From NCBI GenBank assembly GCA_040954595.2, contig CM082582.2, positions 806,001-870,000 of the forward strand: DNA of 64,000 nucleotides. Reading direction: 5' to 3'. The translations under genes and the position numbers were made by a program. The notes below the pieces were generated by a model, which worked only from the letters and a program-made list of their open reading frames with translations, had not been told where the DNA came from and did no database searches. This document shows positions 1 to 12,587 of this stretch, piece after piece. Source of the DNA: Balanoglossus misakiensis. Lineage: Eukaryota > Animalia > Hemichordata. Numbering within the stretch: position 1 is the stretch's first letter; the number at the start of each line of letters is the position of its first letter.

Positions 1-1096
1 GAGTTGACAGTCACTACAACTGTATTGCAAATATGGCAGGGTTGGGCAACTCTTCTAATTTGCATTTGAACACCTTTTCTGTTTGCGTCAAATGATGAAT
101 AATGTTTCGTTTTCAAGAATGCCTTAATATGGGCACCCAATACAAGACAACTGCATTGCAAATGGCATTTTCATTCAACTCTCCTGGGTACCTAAAACAA
201 TTTCAACATGGTTGACATGGCAATATTAGACAACTGTTCTAATTTGCATAATCCAAAATGGCCGCCAAATTTCTCTAACATGTTAATTTCCCATATTTGT
301 TTTAAATGGTGTGTAATATCGAATTTGCAGGGTTTCCATTAATATGGGTACCTAAAACAATTTCAACATGGTTGACATGGCAATATTAGACAACTGCTCT
401 AATTTGCATTATTCAAACACCTGCTGGATAATTTGACTTTTGCCATTCTTGTCCCATGATTGTATGTATTATATCTCATAACAGGCAATTAAGTGTGCTA
501 ATTGTCAAGCCAATCTTAATTCTTCATCTGCACCACAAATCAGATGCAAGGTTTAGGACTGGGAGTGTATGTGGGAGCAGCATATAGGGGCCTACAGGTA
601 TCTTTAATGGCAAGTCCTCGGTTAAAGCCAGAAGGTTTTCAGGTTGTAGGCCTCTATTGTATCTGCAACAGTTTCTATCACCTCCATCCCACTGGCCGGC
701 ACCCGAGGGGGGGGGGGGGGGTACTTGAAATTTTTTCGGATGGTAGTCTGTCGCCCCAGTCGATAACATCAACACGTGTAAATGCCCAAAACCCGACCTA
801 TTTGTATTATAAGTCAAATTTTCTGGTCATTTACCCCAAGTTTTTCTTAAAGACTACATACCTATACACCTTTGTATGGGAGAACACATCCCCCACCCCC
901 CTGCCAACACTAATTGGACAACTTTATTCTTGTTATACTTCTTTATAAGTCTAAATGTTCAGTAAGAAAAGGCAACAAGTTATTGAAGCTGCTGACCATG
1001 GAAACTATGATGAAGTATATTTTTTTCCTAGCTGTACATGTACAGTATAATTGGCCCAATGTACCAATTGGAGATGTGTGCCTTACAAGCAACACA
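1..1096 (-). repeat. Left arm of long-range inverted repeat (diverged reverse complement of ~41997-42161 + 43431-44790), including two ~160-bp tandem units
   Basis: Colinear reverse-complement blocks: 1040-1096 vs 41997-42060, 880-930 vs 43428-43476, 510-565 vs 43676-43740, 186-480 vs 43801-44520, 50-180 vs 44520-44665. Confidence 0.85.
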
Positions 1097-1629
1097 GGTT
1101 GTATATCCAAGCCTTGTCTGTTGGCACTATGAAGGGTATTGGAAGAATGTCTCTGCTGGCCACTTTGGCCAGCCACTTTTGGCCAGCAGACTATCAAAAG
1201 GGTCAAGAAAATAGCCCTAAAAGGTATGGCGCTGTATGCAAATCTAGTGCAGGAGTGGATTGATACATTTCCCATCACTGTACATGCATCATCCTGTATG
1301 GATGATATGTACTCTAGCATTATGCACCAGATAAAAATGGTCAAAATTGCAAAAAAAGGAGATGAAACTCCCACTGGCCTTTAACGCAATCCATAGATAA
1401 AGAGACAACATGTTCAGGCATTGGATCTAAACATGGTGGATACTGACGAGGGTGTGGTGAATGATGGTGAATCCCTGGATGTTTTGAGGTCGGAATTCTG
1501 AAAAGGATTCCCATCGTGAGATTGAGGAACAGGATGATGCAGAGGGGCTGGCTCTTTGTGACTCCTATCAGTGGGGATAGACATATATTTGGGATACAGA
1601 GGTTGCACTTCCTTGCTTCATGATTAGTA

Positions 1630-1980
1630 CGGTAACACTGCCAAATTTGCAACACAGTTGTATTGTTAAAGGTACCCATATGAATGTGCTAATCCTGAAA
1701 ATACGATATTGCGCATCATTTTGGGAAACATGGCAAAATTTCACTTTTAGTGGTGATTGGCGGCCATTTTTGATTATGCAAAATAGAAAAGTTGCCAAAC
1801 ACTGCCATATTTGCAATACATAACCAATATGGATGCAAATCCTGAAATTTTAGATATTACACATAATTTTGAGAAAAAAGGGCCAAGTTTTATTTTAGAG
1901 AAGGTATTTGGCGGCCATTTTTGATCATGCATATTAGAAGAATTGTCCAACATTGCCATTTTGGCAACTCAGCTGGAATA
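1630..1980 (+). repeat. Diverged copies of the ~160-bp unit, opposite orientation to 186-420
   Basis: Motif GGCGGCCATTTTTGAT(T/C)ATGCA plus TGCCATATTTGCAATAC shared with 43860-44690. Confidence 0.55.
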
Positions 1981-2445
1981 GGTCTAGGCTCCCATATGAA
2001 TGCCAATAAGCAAAAAACTTCATAGGAAAGAAAATTTCTTGGTAGGAAAATTTTGACTCAACTTCTGGTTCTAATAATAGGTGTAAGGATGTGATCGTTT
2101 GATTTTGCAACATTTTACAATTTCAAGCTGTGTGTATTTAACTCTGGTGCAATTCTGGTTGGAGAGACAAATGGCTTAAGCCATTTAATTGAAAATATAG
2201 CACAACTTCACCAGGGTTGTGCAGTACCTTTGACAACGCTTTGAACAATGTTGCAAAAAGCTTTGTGTTGAAGCTTGCTACAAGACTTGGCGTGCTGAAG
2301 CCTCTTATACTAGTCTTAGTTGAACCTCAGCTGTAACTACGTTTGTGAAACCTTAACATTCAAATCTTTGGCCTAAGTTAGGGTTGCAAAGCTTCTTCAA
2401 AGTTTTGTGAACCTCAACAATGCTTTTCTATAGAAACCTTTAAAC

Positions 2446-3875
2446 ATGCGGGGGGGGGACACCAACATCGTAGTCAGTGAGGTCATCTATGGTGGTGGGC
2501 GCGTCTTCCACTCGGCACTCCTCCGCGCACGCTTGGGGGATAAAAAATGCATCAAAACCCCCTGGCGCGTCCTCGCTCCCCCTGCGTCGATGGATTCTGT
2601 GCGACTGCTTCCGCCCCCGTCCTCTCTGGTTGCTGTGTCCGGATTGATGATGTTTTCCGGTGAGGTCGGATTTCCCGGAATTCTTCCTGTCGTGATTGGG
2701 ATACCCACCTCAGCAGTATGCTAAGGACACGCCAGTGGATGAGAATCGCTGGTGTGGTGGGGGAGCTCAGTCGGAACATGTTCGGCACCTCCCACCCCTG
2801 GAAGACGCACAGGCGCTTCATCATCACCATGGACTCCGGTGAACAAAAGGATTCCGTAGGGATCCGTCCAGGTCCGCCCCTGCGGATATAGAAGTCTAGC
2901 AGGTCGGGTATTTCATTTCCTGGACCACACAGCCAGTATAGGTGAGTTTCTCTAACGCCTCCACCGCGTCCCGCTCGCGAAATACTAGCGGCTTCTCAGT
3001 AAAAATAACTGGAAGGTGGCACTGAAAGGCGTGTTTCTTCAGTTTGCGCGTGGACCTCCGGCCTCCCGGGAACGGACATGGAGAAGGGCCTGATGAGTAA
3101 TGTGGAACAGAGGATAGGGGGCTCCTTCGGGCCGGCCTGGCGCTCCTCCAGCGGCGTTCGTCTTCTTTGGGTGGTTCCGGCGTCGGATACCGGATCGGTG
3201 ATCGACGTCTGGGGCTGAGATCTCCCCAGCGTGAAAAGGATGGTCGTTCACGGGAAGGTGGGCGGTCCCGCCTTTCCTCTCGAGAACGCTCCGGTCGCGG
3301 CGACCGGGTTGGGGATCTAGACCTAGTATGGCTGCCGGGGTGGCGTCGAAGTTCCCAGGGGATTAGATATTCCCCCGCCTCCAACGTCGCTTCCAGCTCC
3401 AATGGGTTGATCAGTGACTGCAGCGGCAGCATTTCTTGGCGTGGGGGTGATGGCTCCTGCAGCAGCCGTTGGTTTCCCCCGTCTCTCGCTACTGCTATTG
3501 GGGGTGATACACGGGTGCGGGGTGGGTCTGGCCCTTCCAACACCTCCATCGCCTGGTCCTTGTCGCCACCGAGTACCTGTTTTTCCAGCTGCGGATCCCA
3601 GAAGATGCTCAAAGTTTCCTCCAGGTCGTCAGCTGCGGTGGTGGTTCTTGTGGGCTCTTGCGGGGAGATAAGGCCAACGAATCCCCCACGTACGCGGCCT
3701 GGATTGAACTCCCGAGGTAGTGTGCAGGTTTTTATGGCTGCGTCGGATGGTACGGGCAGGTTGGCTTCGGTCTTTTCCTTCCCGTATACATGCATGGCCT
3801 CCTCCCGTACCGTGGACATCCATCCTATGTCGCCTAGAACCGTGGCTACTTGACAGTTCTCACGGAGCATCAGGA
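2446..3875 (-). mobile_element. GC-rich inserted fragment with degraded coding potential (RS/RE-rich region, CPFPG...KLKKHAF..HLP, PAILIHWRVL); possibly retroelement accessory ORF
   Basis: Abrupt GC increase against AT-rich flanks; forms most of ORF 2896-4128 and ORF 2552-2830; family assignment is from memory only. Confidence 0.4.
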
Positions 3876-3894
3876 ACAGTATTTTATGTCTCAC

Positions 3895-4101
3895 CTCCAC
3901 TTCAGTTGTCGCTGTTGTATTTAATGTGGACGATGTTTTATATCTGTTGATAACCAATGGGCCTAGTTTAACTGTGGCACCTACATCCAGTGGCAGCGCT
4001 GTTTTCTCACCCCAAAGGTTGACTTCAGCATCTCTTGTGCCATCAGTTATGGTCAGTTTACGTCTCTTTGTAGAATTCGATGTATGTGTCACTGATTCAT
4101 A
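3895..4101 (-). CDS. OB-fold gene exon E4 (YESVTHTSNSTKRRKLTITDGTRDAEVNLWGEK...LNTTATTEVE), RPA70-like ssDNA-binding fold
   Basis: Acceptor ccactacag|, donor GAG|gtgaga, 207 nt phase 0-0; I.D.T...V.LWGE...VG..V.L OB-fold pattern. Confidence 0.7.
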
Positions 4102-4379
4102 CTGTAGTGGAAATAAAATGGAAAACATTGAATGTTAATAATTACGAGTAGTAAATGTTGTGGAGAAATAGTGCAAGAGTGGTTGTTTTTTGTCAGTTGC
4201 TTTTTAAAATTTGAACTGCAAAATGATGAATCGATGGCAGTAATTTTGACCCGAGGTGAGTTGACAAGGCATGGTTGTATCATATAAATGGATTTTCAAT
4301 GTACGTGATCGCATGGAGGCTACGGCAAAAAAAAGGCAAAAAAAAGGCCCATAAGTTTCGGGGTGCGATTATAACATAC

Positions 4380-4649
4380 CTTTGCTCTATCATAGAGGCA
4401 AATGGTATTATATCTTCCAGTGGAAAAGTTGCGGAGCTGTATGTATTCTCCCTTCTGTAATCTGTTCAGCCACTTCGGATTTTCTTTCCAGAATTTAAGT
4501 TCCAGAACGTTGCCATCCTGCTGCATACAAGGCACGCTAAACAGTTTCCCGTTGGCGGAATTCCGGATCTCGACATCCTCCATGAGGCGCAATTTCAGTG
4601 CCACGCCTTGGCTGGTTGGGGATGAGGGACCGGGAGCCGGGGATGCCAT
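4380..4649 (-). CDS. OB-fold gene exon E2 with start codon (MASPAPGPSSP...LELKFWKENPKWLNRLQKGEYIQLRNF...YDRAK)
   Basis: ATG at 4649, upstream acceptor tatttcag| at 4662, donor AAG|gtatgt, 90 codons; L..G.Y..LRNF OB-like pattern. Confidence 0.65.
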
Positions 4650-5100
4650 AACGCCGTTAAACCTGAAATATAGATTGAGAGTGGGTATTGTTTTACACAA
4701 TTTTTGAACATTGAAGTAAAGTATTAGAATGATGGAGTCCGATAAAAAAGTGAGTTGGTGATTGCGGCATCCGACTTCGTTATTAAAAATGGAAAGATTT
4801 GCGATTTGAGATTCGGTTACCATTTGCAAGTTTGAAAGGAAATATTTCATTGAAGCACAGTGGCAACTACTGGGTTATGGAGAATCTTTGAAATGTTGTT
4901 GAACGGAGACTTATTAGAATCAATGAAAACCTACCTTTAACGGCGTTACGGTTACTAAACGTGAGAGACCGCTTGTCTCGTTCATCCGATTCTGAGCTCC
5001 TAGCTCTTGTGGAGACATGCGGAGGTGCAGCGGGTTAACGGTTAGAAAGTGTTGATGAAAGAAATAAGTTTATAGGCCAATCAGGAGTTAGATTCGAATG
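4650..5100 (-). repeat. OB-gene 5' region (intron 1 + non-coding exon E1); inverted copy at 6610-7050, direct copy at 22950-23350
   Basis: Donor AAAG|gtaggt near 4933; reverse-complement match to 6610-7050. Confidence 0.75.
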
Positions 5101-6609
5101 TCCGAAAATGAGAAACCGTAGGCGAACGCAACAGACAGCAATTTAAATTTGCATAACTAGAGGTTTGGGTGGAAAGATTTCAGAATTTAACGCACATATA
5201 CAGATATTTTGTAGTGGAAATTTGAGTATATTATAAATAGTACATGTAATAAGACTGTGAATTGATTTTATTTACTGACAATTAAATGAAGTTACCCTTT
5301 GAGTATGGGTGTTTATCGAGGGGGGGGGGGTCCAAAAAAATGTTAGAAACTGTTGAAGATGAAACCGGAAAGATGTAGCAAATTCGTTAGTTTTCCCTTT
5401 TTTGGAAATTATGCTCGAAGCGTGTGATTGGTCAATTAGTCAGAAGGGGATTGGTTGGAAATAGTCGAATATGATTGGGCAATAAGTTCGAAGCTGAAAT
5501 CCCTCAGGCTGTATAAATACGGTGTTTGTGGCGTGTACTAATGGAGTATGGCTGGGGTGTGTTGTGTCGAGCAGTCTAGTATATCATTTGTGGGGCATTG
5601 AATATTTAGAACAAAGTTCTCTATGTCGGACTTCCTAACATATACTCGATCGTTGATAACAAAACGAGCAGATATTTTTGTGCAAATAGTGTGCGCAAAA
5701 CAACAACTAAACATGAAGACAACAAGATAGTACTGCGTGCGGTGCGACTCGGTTGTAAGCGTCAAGTCAAAAACTGCAAAGACATGCAACAGGTGTAAAT
5801 ATAGTCGACTGAAATGCTGAAAAACCATGAATATCGATTGGCTCAAAGTGATGGGAATCGGCTCAACTTACCGGAGGGAATTGGTACATTATATAACGAG
5901 TAAACTAGAAAGAAAGAAATCCCAGCGTGAACACTGGAAATTGTTCATAAATTAATATTTATACATGTATGTGTATATTGCGTAACCTTCGAAAATTCGA
6001 ATATCATTAGCACTTGGCCTAAAAAGTTGTGCATTGCGAGTGGGACACTGGGCAATTATTTTTATGGGCCGCCATCGCTATGCAGTTTAGATGTAGTATT
6101 TTACTCAACTTTTACCGGCAAGTGAGTGATTTGCTTTCAGAAGGTAATGAGACGGAAATAAACTTATGCAATCAGAGTTAATTATTCGTGAGGATACAAA
6201 CTTTTGTACTAGATTTATTGTAATTTTTCAGTGTATACTCCTGGCCTTCGCAGGACTTTCATTTTTTACCCGGTTTGTGTGTTTTCGGGTTACCCATGGG
6301 CATTCTCTACCTGTTTTAAAACTCTGAACAAGAAGATGTCACGTGTATCATTTTATGTACGACGTACATCATTATAATAATGCTATAGTGAAGTTTTTAA
6401 AAAGGAAATATTTTTTTAGTGTTATTTTCTTCGTTTTTTATATGACTGAAATATGGTTGTGCTTGATGGAAAAACCGGATTCAACCTTAGCTTAATATAT
6501 GCATTATCGTTCGCAACTGACGTCATATAATGTAGCAATTTCCCTCCGGTTAAATTGAACCAATCGGCATTCCCGTTTTTCCACCATTTCACTCGAATAT
6601 CTAACTCCA

Positions 6610-7050
6610 GGATCCTGATTGGCCTATGTAATTAATCATTCCTTTCATCAACACTTCCTAACCGTTAACCCGCTGTACCTCCGCATGTCTCCACAAGAGC
6701 TAGGAGCTCAGAATCGGTCGGACGCAGACCAGCGGTCTGTCAGGTGTAGTAACCCTAACACCGTTAAAGGTAGGTTTTCATTTATTCTATTATAAGTCTC
6801 CGTTCATCAACATTTCAAAGATTCTCAATAATGCAGTAGTTGCCACTGTACTTCAATGAAATATTTCCTTTCAAACTTGCAAATACTACTTGAACCGAAT
6901 CGCAAACCTTTCCATTTTTAATAACGAAGTCGGATGCCGAAATTACCAACTCACTTTTTTTATCGGATTCCATCATTCTAATACTTTACTTCAATGTTCA
7001 AAAATTGTGTAAAACAATATCCACTTTCAATCTATATTTCAGGTTTAACG
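6610..7050 (+). repeat. Inverted copy of OB-gene E1/intron 1, truncated just after the E2 acceptor
   Basis: gttaaag|gtaggt at 6769/6770, tatttcag| at 7042; RC of 4650-5100. Confidence 0.75.
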
Positions 7051-7080
7051 GCTATTTGTGCAACATTTGACAGTACTCAC

Positions 7081-7221
7081 ATCATGGACTTTTCCTACAA
7101 CGCACACCCTCTTCTTCTGTGGAGATATCTCGACTTCTGATATCATTATTTGTGGCGGATGATAAAATTCTGTTACCAATTTTTCAGGTATATCCATCGC
7201 TTTTCGCCCGCAAGGTATGAT
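7081..7221 (-). CDS. OB-fold gene exon E3 (IIPCGRKAMDIPEKLVTEFYHPPQIMISEVEISPQKKRVCVVGKVHD)
   Basis: Acceptor ttttttccag|, donor GAT|gtgagt, 141 nt open, phase 0-0; not in ORF track; supplies first strand of the second OB fold. Confidence 0.65.
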
Positions 7222-7650
7222 CTGGAAAAAAGTTTGGCGTAGTCTGTAAGTTGTGTGACTGAATCAGTAAAGGTGGCATTTGGAGGAAAAATTTTGAGCA
7301 TTTTTATCAGTAATCTAGTTTGTTTAAAATATTGGAACGCGATCAAAAATAAATGCGACTTGTAAACGAGTGCCGCGTTTGAATCGGTATTGACGATAAA
7401 CATCGGTAATCGGCGATGAAATCAATGGATTTTCAATGTACGTGATCGCATGGAGGCTGCCATATTGGATTACATCCGAAGACCTTCCGATTAGGCGTCG
7501 GTTGAATTCGGGAAAGGTGTTTAAAATGTAATGGGTCATTCAATTTTGTAGAGTAAATTTCTAAAAATGTAGAAGATGGGAGGTTAAGATACCCGAAATG
7601 ACTACGGCAAAAAAAAGGCCCATAAGTTTCGGGGTGCGATTATAACATAC

Positions 7651-7885
7651 CTTTGCTCTATCATAGAGGCAAATGGTATTATATCTTCCAGTGGAAAAGT
7701 TGCGGAGCTGTATGTATTCTCTCTTCTGTTATCTGTTCAGCTATTTCGGATTTTCTTTCCAGAATTTAAGTTCCAGAACGTTGCCATCCTGCTGCATACA
7801 AGGCACGCTAAACAGTTTGCCGTTGGCTGAATTCCGGATCTAGACTGTATCCTCAATGAGGCACAATTTCACTGCCACGCCTTGG
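7651..7885 (-). pseudogene. Second copy of OB exon E2 (5'-truncated, small indel)
   Basis: Direct repeat of 4380-4615 with same donor. Confidence 0.7.
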
Positions 7886-7889
7886 CTGC

Positions 7890-8782
7890 ATGGTTGCAGA
7901 TGATGGAGCTAAGGTACGTAACAATCGCACCCCGAAACGCCTGGGCCCTGTAGTCCTTGTGGGTATGTTAACCTCCCATGTCCTACATTTTTAGAAATTT
8001 AGTATACAAAATTGGATGACCAATTATGTTTTAGAGACCTTTCCCGAATCCACCTGAAGCCCAGTCGGAATGTCTTGGGATGTAACCTAAATTCAATATG
8101 GCCGCCTCCATGCGTTCACTTGCATTATAAAAAAAAAACGTTGATTTTATCTCCGAGTGGCGGTGTTTATCGTCAGTGCCAATTGAAACGCGGCACTCGC
8201 TTACAGGTCGCATTTTTATTTTTGAGCGCGTTCTAATATTCTAGAAAGAAAAAAATGATAGTTTCGAGTACAGATTACATGTATTTTAAAACAAGGTTTG
8301 GTCACAATGGTATCACTACTAAATGATTTACAATCGATGTTTTTAATTGTCTTTGCACCACAGTATGAATCCTGTGATGGTAAATTGCATTCAACTTAGA
8401 AGGCGTGGAGTAAGTGCAACTGATGGTAACTGGGATACCAAACTGAAACTTTTGGGAGAGAAAACCTTGCCATGCATGGACGTGGGTGGCACAGTTAAAC
8501 TTGGGTTAAATACTACAGCGACAACTGAAGTCCCGGTGAGATATTATAAAATACTCTTACATCATAAAATTGAAATCCTACATGTCAATAATTTCATATT
8601 TTCACTAATGTTTAGCAAAAAACAACTGCTCTCAACAAACCTTACCCCTCCCCCTCTTGTATTGTCAGTGCTTTGTAATCTATCAGTAACAATCCATTTT
8701 TCTCTCTCAAGGTGTTAAAAGAACCTATAGCTACTGGTGATGACATGATACCGTCCATGGGGTGTTGGAGGTAATACACTTT
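7890..8782 (+). pseudogene. Diverged paralog B of OB gene: E2' tail (DDGAK|gtacgt), intron, degenerate E4' (8364-8535) and E5' (8712-8782)
   Basis: ATDGNWDTKLKLLGEKTLPCMDVGGTVKLG-LNTTATTEVP aligns to E4; 7890-8540 is RC of 22075-22712. Confidence 0.65.
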
Positions 8783-8794
8783 GTAAGTATTAAC

Positions 8795-9780
8795 CAGTCA
8801 GGACGTAAGTGGGGTAATTACGGCGGTGAGATCAAAGAGATCTATTTGAATGTGAAAGTCGCTGAGTGGCAGTTACGGCCAGTTCGAAAAATTTTCAAAC
8901 GGAGATTTTCGGTACTACAAGTGATCGTAGTGCACCCATTTTTCTAAGACGTGTATGAAACACCATAGTCAATGATAGGATGATTTTTCGTGAAGTTTTA
9001 ACGACGCTTTCCCGAGAAAGACAGTTTCGGTATGTTGGTTTAAATTGTGGTCCTTGACTCTCGGCAAAGATTTCTTGTCTTGAAAAAAATTGGGTAGGTT
9101 AGGAAGATATTGAACTAAGTTACCGTGAAATTATAATAGTGTGAGCCGCTCCGTTGTGGAGTAATGACGGTGTAAAAATTGCCTTCGCCATCGACGAGTA
9201 CAGCCGTGTTTGCTATATGTGTATGCATTGAAGTAGGTCAAAGCATGTTAACCCATGACGTAATGGCTTCCTTTTCAACGCGTCGTTATCTCTCATTAGC
9301 ATATTACATACGGAGTCTATACACTATTCACGCTGACTGACTTCTCAGGACTGACCTATGGCACAGTAAATTGTGGTCCTTGACTCTCGGCATGGATATA
9401 TTCATGTCAAAATTATGAATAGAGGAGTTTAATAATGTTTCTAAAACCTGAGGGGGTTAATTTTTGTGTGGGTATGGCTGATATTTTTTTTTTGTAACTT
9501 CAAGGTCACTTTGAATTTCGTGATCACAATTTTGTCAGTGGAAGTAAAGAAATTCTTCTCGATAAAACTTCATGAAAAATCACATGTAGTACACTCATAG
9601 TACCAGTAATGTGCCTGGGGTGAAATATTTGTCAGAAATGGGTTGCTAGTTGCTTAACTTTCGTTGTGAAAAAAGTTGAAAAACTGTATGCAAATGAGCA
9701 ATTCAAACGTTACTGGCCAGTTCAAGTGTTTGCATTGCATGATCCCCTGCTGTTTAATTATCCCACTTACGTCCTGACTG
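8795..9780. mobile_element. Non-autonomous DNA transposon, 26-bp TIRs, 4-bp TSD TAAC
   Basis: TIR CAGTCAGGACGTAAGTGGGGTAATTA / TAATTATCCCACTTACGTCCTGACTG (1 mismatch); empty site attaactgcag at ~21550. Confidence 0.8.
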
Positions 9781-9889
9781 TAACTGCAGTAGTTGCTTAC
9801 ATCAGACTCCCACTATCTGCATGCAATTTGTGGATGGATTTGCAGAGAGAGAGGCTAGTACACGGCACTCATGTGGACCTGCACTACCA

Positions 9890-10330
9890 CATTTCTATTC
9901 AACATCAGGTCTCTGAGTAAAAAGATGGCCATGTAAATTTTCTCTAAGTTTGTTAGAGAAATAAAGTACAACTTTAGTGTTTCACTAATTGAGTTTCAGT
10001 GTTCTTGCATTGTCTCGTTTGCCCCATGCCAACCTCAAAGTAAACGTCAAATTTGCCATTTTTGACTTATTTGTCCTTGTAGTGGGCCACATAGCATTTT
10101 AATGCAACTTATAAAAATCTGAAGAACCAAATGCCTAATTTACCCACTCTGCACAGATTTATTTCAATGGTACAGACTTGATGATCAGTATAGCGCCCTC
10201 TGTGGTAGTATTTTGGGGGGGGGGGGTTAACCTAGCCTTTGTATGTTTATCCCTGTCCGGTTCCATTCCACTTGTATCTATGGTAACCTAATTATCAGCA
10301 GTAAAGGCCACAGCTTTGAAACAGTTTTAA
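9890..10330 (+). repeat. Satellite-flanking segment; inverted copy at 20860-21325
   Basis: High-identity reverse complement (e.g. 9900-10200 vs 21010-21320). Confidence 0.85.
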
Positions 10331-11442
10331 TATCAAGCACTCTGAATTACACGGCCATTCTCATTGGTGCATATAGTGTAGTCACGTTGTATTTTACTGC
10401 AACTGGTGAAAGTCTCCTAAAAAACCAAATGTGTCTTTACCCACTGTGCACAGAGTATTTGAATGATACTCAGTTGATGGTCATATAGTATAGCGCCCTC
10501 TGTGGTAGTATTTTTATTATGGAGGTTGGGTTAAATCTTGTCTTCGCATATGTTTATCCCTGTCATGTTGCATTGGGCTTGTATCTATGGTAACCTAATT
10601 ATCAGCAGTAAAGGCCACAACTATGAAACAGTTTTAATATCAAGCACTCTCTGAATTACATGGCCATTCTCATTGGTGTATATAGTGTAGTCACGTTGTA
10701 TTTTACTACAACTGATGAAAGTCTCCTAAAAAACCAAATGTGTCTTTACCCACTGTGCACAGAGTATTTGAATGATACTCAGTTGATGGTCATATAGTAT
10801 AGCGCCCTCTGTGGTAGTATTTTGATTATGGAGGTGGGGTTAAATCTTGTCTTTGCATATGTTTATCCCTGTCATGTTGCATTGGGCTTGTATCTATGGT
10901 AACCTAATTATCAGCAGTAAAGGCCACAACTATGAAACAGTTTTAATATCAAGCACTCTCTGAATTACATGGCCATTCTCATTGGTGTATATAGTGTAGT
11001 CACGTTGTATTTTATTACAACTGATGAAAGTCTCCTAAAAAACCAAATGTGTCTTTACCCACTGTGCACAGAGTATTTGAATGATACTCAGTTGATGGTC
11101 ATATAGTATAGCGCCCTCTGTGGTAGTATTTTGATTATGGAGGTGGGGTTTAATCTTGTCTTTGTATATGTTTATCCCTGTCATGTTGCATTGGGCTTGT
11201 ATCTATGGTAACCTAATTATCAGCAGTAAAGGCCACAACTATGAAACAGTTTTAATATCAAGCACTCTCTGAATTACATGGCCATTCTCATTGGTGTATA
11301 TAGTGTAGTCACGTTGTATTTTACTACAACTGATGAAAGTCTCCTAAAAAACCAAATGTGTGTTTACCCACTGTGCACAGAGTATTTGAATGATACTCAG
11401 TTGATGGTCATATAGTATAGCACCCTCTGTGGTAGTATTTTG

Positions 11443-12587
11443 GTCTCTCAGATACTGTTCTCATGTGGTTTATGTCATACCTTTCCAATCGTAGTCAGTG
11501 TGTACTTGTAAATTCCACCCAATCACCTTTCTATCGGCTCGACACTGGGGTACCACAGGGATCAGTTCTTGGTCCCATACTTTTCAAAATGTACCCGTCT
11601 CCATTTGGTGAATTAGTTCAAAGTCATGGTTGTCTTTATAGTTTTTATGCAGATGACTCTTCACTTTATATGTCTTTTAGTAAAGACAACGCAGCAAGAA
11701 CTGTTTCAAATCTTGAACTTTGTATATCCGATGTTAGGTTTTGGATGTCTGAAAACTTCTTGTGCTTATACGACGATAAGACTGAATTTGTTATTTCCTT
11801 TGGTATTTCAGGTGATCTGTCTGCTAGAGGGATTTCAGAAATTCGTGTTGGCGATTCTCTGATTCCTGTCCATTGTCAGGCTAAGAGCCTTGGTGTGCTC
11901 CTTGACTCTTGTCTGACAATGAAGCCACATATTGGACAGATCTGCCGCTCTGCCACTTTTCATTTACGTCGCATTGCGCTTATCCGCAAATATTTATCTC
12001 ATTCTGCTACAGAGCAATTAGTTCATGCATTCATTACTTCTCGAATTGATTCATGTAATTCACTTTTATTTGGGCTCCCGAAGTATTCAATCAACCGTAT
12101 CCAACGCGTTCAGAATATTGCTGCTAGAATTGTTACTCATTCAAAAATCACCTGTCACATCACTCCAATTTTGTATCAGTTGCACTGGCTACCTGTTACA
12201 CAGCGTATTGTTTTTAAGATGTTAGTTCTCATTTTTAAATCTATAATAAACTTGGTCCAATCTATCTTTCTAGCATGACTAATCTATATGTTCCGTGTCG
12301 CAATTTAAGGTCAGCTGATCAGTTCAAACTCTGCCTTGTTCGATCACGCACCAAGAGTTATGGTGATCGTGCTTTTACTGTTGCTGCTCCAATTCTTTGG
12401 AATAATCTTCCACTCACCATTCGCCAGGCACCAGACTTATCTGTTTTTAAATCAAATGTTAAAACTTTACTTTTTAAATCTGTTTTTTAGCCATTTGTTG
12501 TATTGTACTTTTGCTTTAAGCGTCATTGATCACATTTTTGTGGATACTGACACTATACAAATAAATTATTATTATTATTATTATTAT
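11443..12587 (+). mobile_element. 5'-truncated L2/CR1-clade LINE (RT C-terminal part), (TAT)n tail, probable 7-bp TSD TATTTTG
   Basis: GVPQGSVLGPILF, YADD, LHWLPV..RI.FK, YGDRAF.VAAP.LWN.LP motifs; frameshift near 12260; TATTTTG at 11436 and 12588. Confidence 0.93.

Noticed and set aside
1100-1620. Coding-looking segment (ORF 1139-1384)
   Set aside because: Short, interrupted, no recognisable motif or splice structure
3167-3853. 228-aa plus-strand ORF
   Set aside because: Antisense shadow of the GC-rich minus ORF
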